From Phycisphaerae bacterium (GTDB taxonomy: Bacteria; Planctomycetota; Phycisphaerae; UBA1845), in assembly GCA_013360585.1 (NCBI GenBank), contig JABWBH010000010.1, positions 34,629-98,628 on the forward strand: a stretch of 64,000 nt of DNA, given 5' to 3'. The translations under genes and the position numbers were made by a program. The notes beneath the pieces are model-generated. The model was not told the DNA's origin, ran no database searches, and saw only the letters and a list, made by a program, of their open reading frames with translations. Of this stretch, positions 55,816 to 64,000 are shown one piece after another (within the stretch, counting starts at the first letter, position 1; the number at the start of each line of letters is the position of its first letter).

Positions 55816-55843
55816 AGACTAACCCCGTCTCCTGCGCCGTCAA
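55816..55843 (-). promoter_or_regulatory. candidate promoter of the riboswitch transcript (TTGACG-16 nt-TAGTCT on minus strand)
   Basis: On the plus strand these read CGTCAA (55838-55843) and AGACTA (55816-55821). The -10 hexamer is the same as in the his promoter. Confidence 0.4.
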
Positions 55844-55891
55844 GCGCAAACGAAACAGGGAGGTTCCCCAGCGCGGTGAGTTTTGCACAGG

Positions 55892-56480
55892 CGAAAAACA
55901 AAAAAAGAGGCATGAGTCTTCCTCTGAACACGGGGTACGATCCTTGGATGACCTTGGAACTGTCGCCCGGTACGTCTTGGACGCTGTTGCAAAACCGAGC
56001 CGCGCCCGTCAGGAAGCGGGCCTTTCGGACCCTTCACGCGGGTTTTGAAACAGCGACTTGGCGCCTCGGAGAGGCGGGCGGGAGTTGCCCGGCGATTTGT
56101 GGCGGCGGCGCGGAGCATCGAACCAGACCGTCCCGGAGGGAACGGAGGATCTCCGGGGGCGTTCGTCTCAATCCTGAAAAGTGCGCGCGATCGTCGGGCG
56201 CGCTCGGTTCAATCCCGAAGGGATTGCGGCCTTTAAGCCTGAGGTTGGACGCCGAGGGCGGCCTATCTTGGGTTTGCGGCGTCGTCCCTTCGATCAACCC
56301 TGAAACGGTTGCGCCGGGTTGAAAGGTCGGCTGCCGTGCCGCGACCCCGTGGGGGTCAAGGATCGAACGCCTGCGGTTGAGGGCTAGGATCGAACGCTGC
56401 CCCCGAGCGATACAACTGCGTTGGGACCGGGGAACGCCGCGGAGCTGGTTCTTCCGAGGCGCAAGCAGCCGAGGCACAAG
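55892..56480 (-). ncRNA. candidate structured noncoding RNA of unknown class
   Basis: No credible ORF. It is bounded by an extended -10-like TGTATATTT (rc of 56491-56499) and by a hairpin plus U-tract (55892-55925). I found several GC helices by hand. Confidence 0.25.
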
Positions 56481-56696
56481 CAGTGGGCATAAATATACAA
56501 TGAGAAAATTGCATTAAAAACGCATTTCGTCCACGGTTGCGTCGCGAAGTTAATGCGAGCTTAGCGCTATGATAACAATCCACCAAGACAATCCGCTGGG
56601 TTAAGGTCTCTGAGACGCCTCATCGTCATGCTTCAGGAGAGGTGCGTGGCCAAAGCACATGCGACTGTTGCCGTCGGGACAACAAGGCTTCCGGCT

Positions 56697-57485
56697 ATGA
56701 TTCGCCCCTCGCCAGTTTCGCCCCAGCAGCCGGCGCAAGATGCGGTGATTCGGACGGTGTCGCTGACCATCCGTTACGGCGATTTTGAGGCGGTCAAGAA
56801 CGTTTCCCTTGAATTTCAGCGCCACCAGGCGACGGCGTTGATCGGTCCCAGCGGATGCGGAAAGAGCACGTTGCTGCGAGCGCTGAACCGCATGAACGAC
56901 TTCACCCTGAACTGCCGGGTAACCGGTCGGGTCGAGTACGCCGGACGCAACATCTACGACGCGGCGTGCGATCCGGTGGAGCTGCGCCGGCGGATTGGGA
57001 TGGTGTTTCAGAAGCCGAACCCGTTTCCGAAGTCGATCTACCGGAACGTCGCGTGGGGAGCGATGATCAACGGGTTCCGTGGAGACATGGACGCCTTGGT
57101 GGAGCAGTGCCTGCGGCGCGCGGGGCTCTGGGACGAGGTCAAAGACAAGCTGAAGCAGAACGCGCTTCAGCTTTCCGGCGGACAGCAGCAGCGGCTTTGC
57201 ATCGCTCGGGCGCTCGCGCTGGAGCCGGAAGTCCTCCTGATGGACGAGCCTTGTTCCGCGCTGGATCCGATCGCCACCAGCCGGATCGAAGATCTGATCG
57301 ATCAGCTCAAGTCGCGCTACACGGTCATTCTCGTCACCCACAACATGCAGCAGGCGGCGCGCGTCGCGGATCGGACCGCGTTCCTGTATCTCGGGGAGTT
57401 GATCGAAGTGGACGAAACCCAGAACATGTTCACTCAGCCGACGCACCCGAAGACTCAGGCGTACCTGACGGGGCGGTTCGGCTGA
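56697..57485 (+). CDS. pstB: phosphate ABC transporter ATP-binding protein
   Basis: Shows [20 protein letters not shown]...[14 protein letters not shown]...[12 protein letters not shown]. An alternative start lies at 56628. Confidence 0.9.
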   Translation: MIRPSPVSPQQPAQDAVIRTVSLTIRYGDFEAVKNVSLEFQRHQATALIGPSGCGKSTLLRALNRMNDFTLNCRVTGRVEYAGRNIYDAACDPVELRRRIGMVFQKPNPFPKSIYRNVAWGAMINGFRGDMDALVEQCLRRAGLWDEVKDKLKQNALQLSGGQQQRLCIARALALEPEVLLMDEPCSALDPIATSRIEDLIDQLKSRYTVILVTHNMQQAARVADRTAFLYLGELIEVDETQNMFTQPTHPKTQAYLTGRFG

Positions 57486-57489
57486 TTGC

Positions 57490-58143
57490 ATGACGGTCCA
57501 CTTCATCAATCTGCTGGACGATCTTCGACGGCGTTCGCTGCGCATGGCGGCGCTGGTCGAGGACATTCTCAACGAGGCGTGCGACGCCCTCCTGCTTGGC
57601 GACGAGAACCTCGCCCGCCGGGTCATTCTGCGCGACGAAGGCGTCGATACGGAGGAGGTCGAGGTCGAGAAAGAGGTGATCCGTCTGCTCGCGCTGTATC
57701 AGCCGGTCGGGACGGACCTGCGCCTGCTTTGTACGATTCTGAAGGTTAACAACGACTTCGAACGGATTGCGGACTGCGCCGTGAACGTGGCGGAGCGTGC
57801 CAAGCACCTCGTCGATCATCCGGTCTATCGCGCCGATGTGGAGATACGCGAACTGTGCAACGTCGTGCAACAGACGCTGCGCCGCGCGATCCAGGCTTAC
57901 GGCGCAGAAGATCTCGAGGCGGCGCAGGCCATCCGCCGCGGCGACACGGTCATCGACGATCTCTACGCCCGGATCATCAAGGATTTCACCGCCGAGGGCG
58001 CCACCGGCCCGGATAACACCGCCGCGATGCTCGACGCCCTGTCCGTCGCGAAAAACCTCGAACGCATCGCCGACCACGCGACCAACATCGCCGAGGACAT
58101 CATCTATCTCATCACCGGGCAGATCGTCCGGCACCAGTCCTGA
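57490..58143 (+). CDS. phoU: phosphate signalling complex protein PhoU
   Basis: Two PhoU repeats carry DxxERIADxAxNIAE motifs (NNDFERIADCAVNVAE and KNLERIADHATNIAE). Confidence 0.9.
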   Translation: MTVHFINLLDDLRRRSLRMAALVEDILNEACDALLLGDENLARRVILRDEGVDTEEVEVEKEVIRLLALYQPVGTDLRLLCTILKVNNDFERIADCAVNVAERAKHLVDHPVYRADVEIRELCNVVQQTLRRAIQAYGAEDLEAAQAIRRGDTVIDDLYARIIKDFTAEGATGPDNTAAMLDALSVAKNLERIADHATNIAEDIIYLITGQIVRHQS

Positions 58144-58960
58144 CCCGCCGGGCTTAACAACCCCGTCGAAAAAGGACGGCGCGTCCCACCGGGATGCGAA
58201 TCTCACTGAGAAAACCCGGCATTCCAAGGGTCGGTCGTGAGTCCTTCAACCGGCGGTGAACCCGCGATACCCGGAAAGGAAGACAATAACCGCCCCAACC
58301 CAGAATCCGTACGACGGGCCATCCCCACCGCCCGCCCCCCCCCGATCCTCGACCCGTAACAGCCTGTACGGGCTGTTAGCGCTGAGCGCCCGCGACATTG
58401 TGCGTTGCGGCGGATTCCTCCGGGCGGATTCAACAGGCCGCAAGACCGCTTCGTGTCGTCTGCCGCAAATCGTGTCGTGTGCCGCAATGATGACACGGCA
58501 ACGGCTCCCACTGGCGCGGAGCGGTTTGTGCGAGATCAGAGCCCGGCGCAACGTCTGGCGAAGTGCGACCACCACGTCGCACAGCCTGATCGGAAGCCGC
58601 AGTCGGCGCACGTTCACGGGTTGCAGATCGACATGCACGGCATGCGCCGCGGCCAGCCCGTCGGCTTCAGCCCGCGCCTGTTGCATGCGCCGCGCCAGTT
58701 CCGCATTCAGCCCCACGGAACATTGACCGGAGCTGCTCCGTCCACTGCCGATTGCGCAGCCGTCAGCCGCTCCGACACTTGCGTTGCGACGCAATCTGTG
58801 CTCGATTTCGGGGCAATCGGAAAGCCTCCTTGCAGGTCAGCACGGTTGACGCCGTGCGGGTTCTAACCTCGCAGATACGGCATTTCGAGTTCCTTGTTGC
58901 GAAGAGAACATCGAATTCATGCCTGAGGGATCCGGCCGCTCGCCCCGCCGCCGGGCGATC

Positions 58961-61051
<2,091 letters not shown>

Positions 61052-61081
61052 TCAACTCGGAGCGCAGGCGTTCTGTCCGCA

Positions 61082-61141
61082 CGTGCGAAGGGGAGCTTCG
61101 CGATCCTGCTGCGGCGTGCGAAGCGGAGCTTCGTGATCCTG
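61082..61141. repeat. two 27-nt direct repeats (25/27 identical, period 33), each a GCGAAG-N5-CTTCGC hairpin, in the thiC leader region
   Basis: CGTGCGAAGGGGAGCTTCGCGATCCTG lies at 61082-61108 and CGTGCGAAGCGGAGCTTCGTGATCCTG at 61115-61141. Confidence 0.75.
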
Positions 61142-61460
61142 GCGACGAGTTCGATCGCGTCCGGTGGGTTCGTGGTGAAACGCCGCCGATAACGCGGGAA
61201 GCCCGGCCACATTTGAGAGGCGGAGGCTGACGCCCTCTCGTCCGCGAATTGTACCTTACTTCCGTGATGGACGGTCGAAAAGCCGCCGACGCCGTGTAAA
61301 CCGGCTCGGCTGCGCAGCGGGGCGGCGCAGCGCCGATTACGCGGACGATCCACGCGGACGTGGAGGTGCGTCGCGGGGCGGCGGCTACCGATAGATGCCG
61401 GGAGGGGCGCGCTGGCGATGGCGCGGCGCGTGAGTCGAGCGGATCGTCGCGGAGCAGGAC

Positions 61461-62396
61461 ATGAAGCCGGAGATCATCGAAGCGATCAAGCGCAGTGCGG
61501 CGGTTCCGTCGATGCCCGCCGTGGTGGTACGGTTCCTCGAGGTGATTCAGGATCCGGACTTCACGTATGACGACGTGGTGCGCGTGCTGTCCGCCGATCC
61601 GGGGACGGTGAGCGAGATCCTGCGGCTGGCGAACTCGCCGCTGTTCGGGACGCGCCACGACATCACGTCGCTGAAAACCGCGTTGACGCTGCTGGGTCCG
61701 AAGCGGACGCGGTCCCTGGTGCTGGGGCGGTATCTGGTGGAGTCGATGGGCGGGCGCGACGTGGACGGGCTGGACATGAGTTACGCCTGGCGGCGGTCGC
61801 TGGTGTGCGCCGTGGTGGCGTCGCAACTGGCGGGGAAGCGGCGTTCGCAGGTGCGCGAGGAAACGTTCATCAGCTCGCTGCTGGCGGACATCGGGATCCC
61901 GATTCTGGCGCAGGCGATGACGGAGAAGTACTGGCCGATCAGCGAGCGGTATGCGCCTTACGGGATTCCGGTGACGCCGGAAGACGAGGTGCGGGCGGTG
62001 GGCGTGCATCACGCGGAAGTGTCGGCGATGGTGCTGGATTTCTGGAAGCTGCCGGAAGTCGTGGTCGCGGCGGTCCGCATGCATCCGTCGCCGCCGGAAA
62101 CCGTGGCAGGCAGCGGCGGCGAGGCGGCTCGGATCGCGCATTTCATTCACGGCGCGGACATGATATCGCGGTTGCTCTGCGAGGTTCCTGACGAGGCGTC
62201 GATCGAAGAGCAATGCCGCAAGGCGATGGAGGCGGCGGACTGCGACCTGACGATGCTGCTCGAGGTGCTTCCGAAGGTGGAGAGCGAGGTCAACGAACTG
62301 GCGAAGCTGCTGCGGATCGACGTGGTCGCGGGCTCGGTCTACGAGCTGCTGGCGCGAAACGTGCGGGAGCTGCTCGCGGCGCCGGCGGTTGCGTAA
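61461..62396 (+). CDS. HDOD domain-containing protein
   Basis: Shows VPSMPAVVVRFLEVIQDPDFTYDDVVRVLSADPGTVSEILRLANSPLFG...HHAEVSAMVL. Confidence 0.8.
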   Translation: MKPEIIEAIKRSAAVPSMPAVVVRFLEVIQDPDFTYDDVVRVLSADPGTVSEILRLANSPLFGTRHDITSLKTALTLLGPKRTRSLVLGRYLVESMGGRDVDGLDMSYAWRRSLVCAVVASQLAGKRRSQVREETFISSLLADIGIPILAQAMTEKYWPISERYAPYGIPVTPEDEVRAVGVHHAEVSAMVLDFWKLPEVVVAAVRMHPSPPETVAGSGGEAARIAHFIHGADMISRLLCEVPDEASIEEQCRKAMEAADCDLTMLLEVLPKVESEVNELAKLLRIDVVAGSVYELLARNVRELLAAPAVA

Positions 62397-62488
62397 GCGG
62401 ATTCGTGACGCGAGCGCGGCGCGACAAGCGCCGGCGGCAAGACAAGGCGCTGACCGGCACGGCGCGCGGGGACAGGTCGAAGGGGTCG

Positions 62489-62971
62489 ATGAAAACGGGG
62501 GCGCAAATGCGCATCGACAGACAGGAGAGTCCGGCGGCGTACGTCTCGAGCGGAGCGGCGGCGACGCGCTTCGGACCCGTCGGCGGTGAGGGGTGCGCGG
62601 TCGCGGCGGCGCCGGCGACGGGTCGTCGCGCTTCACACCGGCACTGGCGTCCGTCGACAGCGGTGGAGCTTGCCGTGCCCGGGGATCCGGGCGTCGGCGT
62701 CACGGGGCGATTGCTGAATCTGTCGGAGGACGGGCTGGCGTGTCTCGTATCGTCGGATGCCGTGGCGATGCTGACGGCGTCGGGGCAGGTGCGTTGCAGC
62801 CTGGGACTGGCTGGAGCGGCGGCGAGGTTGACGCTGGCCGCACGGGTGGCGCACGTCAGCGACGCTTCGGAGCCCGGACACAGCCGCGTGGGACTGGATT
62901 TCACGCGGGATTCAAGAAACGCTGAGGCCCGGCGACGGGTCTGTGAGGCGCTGGTTCACGCGCCGTTCTGA
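62489..62971 (+). CDS. PilZ domain protein
   Basis: The ATG at 62489 follows GAAGGGG. An RxxxR-like motif (RRASHRHWR) and NLSEDGLACLV (D/NxSxxG) match c-di-GMP-binding PilZ motifs. Confidence 0.65.
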   Translation: MKTGAQMRIDRQESPAAYVSSGAAATRFGPVGGEGCAVAAAPATGRRASHRHWRPSTAVELAVPGDPGVGVTGRLLNLSEDGLACLVSSDAVAMLTASGQVRCSLGLAGAAARLTLAARVAHVSDASEPGHSRVGLDFTRDSRNAEARRRVCEALVHAPF

Positions 62972-62991
62972 TCACATAACTGAGAGACGAT

Positions 62992-63807
62992 ATGTCCACC
63001 ACGGCAACCCTTCCCGCAAACTTCCGGCGTGACGCCATCCTGCAACAGGTGATCGCCCGCGGCACGCGCGTTACGGTCACGGAGCGTGGGGAAAGCGGCT
63101 GGCGCATGCACACGGGCACGTTCCTGCCTGAGACCGGAGGCGAGGGTTTGATTTGGGTTGAACTGGGAGACGAGCCGCGTGAACCCGGCGGAGTCGGAGG
63201 CGCGGGTCTTGCGCCGGGACGGGAGATCGGGCTGACGTTTCGCCGGGGACACAAGAAGTGCATCTGCTGCTGCACCGTCGAACGATGCGAAAGCGGCGGC
63301 GGAGTGACCCGGATCGGTTTGCGGCGGCCTCGGCAGGTGCAGGAGCTTCAGCGGCGGGTCTTCGAGCGCACCGAACCGACGAAGGACTGTCCGATCGAGG
63401 TGGAATTGCGGGCCTTGCCCGGCGGAACCTCAACGGGCGGAGTCATCCGCGGGAGTCTGATCGACATCTCGGCCGGCGGCATCAGGGTTCGTGCGAACCT
63501 GACCGGCAAGATTGAAGTCGGCGCGGGCTACCTTTGCAGTCTGCGGTCGGATGCGGCGCGGATGGCGCTGACCGTGGAAGCGGTGCTTCGTCACGCGGAA
63601 GCTCCGGTCGACGGGGCAGCTTCGCTGGGGCTGCAATTCATCGGGTTGGAGGCGTCCACGCAGGGATATGAGAAGCTGCTCGGGTTGGCGCGGTTCGTGA
63701 AGTCGCTTCAGCGTCGGACGGCTCGGACGGCGGAGCAGGAGGGTGGTCGGACCGGAGTGTCGGCGGTAAAATCCGGGCATGACCGCATTCACATTCGTCC
63801 GCACTGA
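62992..63807 (+). CDS. YcgR-like protein (N-terminal PilZN-like domain + C-terminal PilZ domain)
   Basis: Shows QRRVFER (RxxxR) and GSLIDISAGGIRV (DxSxxG). Confidence 0.7.
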   Translation: MSTTATLPANFRRDAILQQVIARGTRVTVTERGESGWRMHTGTFLPETGGEGLIWVELGDEPREPGGVGGAGLAPGREIGLTFRRGHKKCICCCTVERCESGGGVTRIGLRRPRQVQELQRRVFERTEPTKDCPIEVELRALPGGTSTGGVIRGSLIDISAGGIRVRANLTGKIEVGAGYLCSLRSDAARMALTVEAVLRHAEAPVDGAASLGLQFIGLEASTQGYEKLLGLARFVKSLQRRTARTAEQEGGRTGVSAVKSGHDRIHIRPH

Positions 63808-64000
63808 CTGGGGTACGTTCAGCTTCGTTTCGCGCGACGACCGGCTTGTCGCGACTTACCTTCCCGCGTCACGCGCTGACGCGATCGTCCGTATCCGCCG
63901 GGGGTTCGGTGAGGTTCGCGAGGATCCCGGGGCGTTGCCGCGGTTCCAGCGACAGGTGCAGGCGTACTTCCGGGGGGAAACATTCGCTTTCGACGTCGAG
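63779..64000 (+). CDS. methylated-DNA-protein-cysteine methyltransferase family protein, N-terminal fragment (3' end outside window)
   Basis: The ATG at 63779 opens a frame that runs to the window edge. MTAFTFVRTDWGTFSFVSRDDRLVATYLP...FQRQVQAYFRGE..FDV resembles the Ogt/MGMT N-terminal domain. Confidence 0.55.
   Translation, partial: MTAFTFVRTDWGTFSFVSRDDRLVATYLPASRADAIVRIRRGFGEVREDPGALPRFQRQVQAYFRGETFAFDVE

Noticed and set aside
56196-56235. A tRNA/tmRNA-like T-loop string GGTTCAATCCCG.
   Set aside because: The flanking bases give only a 4-bp T-stem. The would-be acceptor strand pairs back into the loop itself (CAATCCC/GGGATTG hairpin), and there is no cloverleaf or CCA context. The GGGGUACGAUCCUUGG string at 55932 also lacks a matching 3' acceptor, so the tmRNA idea was dropped.
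56320-56345. GGGUUGAAAGGUCGG, which is reminiscent of the RNase P GGGUGAAAGGGUGCGG element.
   Set aside because: The universally conserved GAGGAAAGUCCGGGC (P4) and ACAGAACCCGGCUUA elements are absent on both strands.
55326-56477. ORFs of 140-240 aa in several frames across the pstB-upstream gap: 55326-56048(+), 55654-56322(+) and 56034-56477(-).
   Set aside because: Their composition is not protein-like, they have no RBS or homology signatures, and they overlap the cobalamin riboswitch and terminators. I treat the region as noncoding.
56440-56480. GCAAGCAGCCGAGGCA, which resembles the SRP RNA domain IV string GGAAGCAGCCAAGGCA (14 of 16 positions).
   Set aside because: The opposing strand cannot form helix 8 with the required symmetric and asymmetric loops, and no GNRA-closed hairpin of the right geometry exists. 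It is probably a chance match, though cmsearch with the SRP model could confirm.
61160-61260. Plus-strand strings GGUGAAACGCC...GCGGGAAGCCCGGCCAC and UGAGAGGCGG, which superficially recall cobalamin, c-di-GMP-I or TPP riboswitch fragments.
   Set aside because: The motifs are in the wrong order and spacing for any of these classes, and the strand does not lead into a plausible regulated gene (the downstream gene is an HDOD protein).

Overview
This is a high-GC chromosomal window. The gene content looks planctomycete-like (inference): a DUF1559 prepilin-type protein with the H-X9-DG signature, a BatA/VWA-MoxR-DUF58 cluster, HDOD and PilZ signalling proteins, and many exported repeat proteins. 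I support about 48 CDSs. Most other long ORFs in the track are Arg/Pro/Gly-rich shadow ORFs lying antisense to real genes. The ORF track also often over-extends N-termini, so I moved starts to an internal ATG/GTG/TTG where an RBS or signal peptide supports it. No rRNA, tRNA, CRISPR array or mobile element was recognised. Main observations follow. (1) A cobalamin riboswitch sits on the minus strand (55560-55753) with its own intrinsic terminator, in front of an operon of uncharacterised exported proteins plus a DUF1559 pseudopilin-like protein. This is my best candidate for an undescribed B12 capture/uptake system. (2) A complete his operon (hisG-C-B-H-F-[A-I-E fusion]-D) is preceded by a sigma70-like promoter, a short leader ORF with six consecutive His codons, and hand-foldable 1:2 / 2:3 / 3:4 attenuator helices. 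(3) A structured region of about 0.6 kb with no ORF lies next to the riboswitch. It has its own promoter-like and terminator-like ends. (4) A lipoprotein carries nine tandem six-cysteine repeats of about 48 aa. (5) Several short repeat arrays sit at promoters or 5' UTRs. There is also a C12 homopolymer frameshift in a methyltransferase gene, and a thiC leader with no TPP riboswitch recognisable by eye. All RNA pairings were derived by hand and need folding or covariance-model confirmation.
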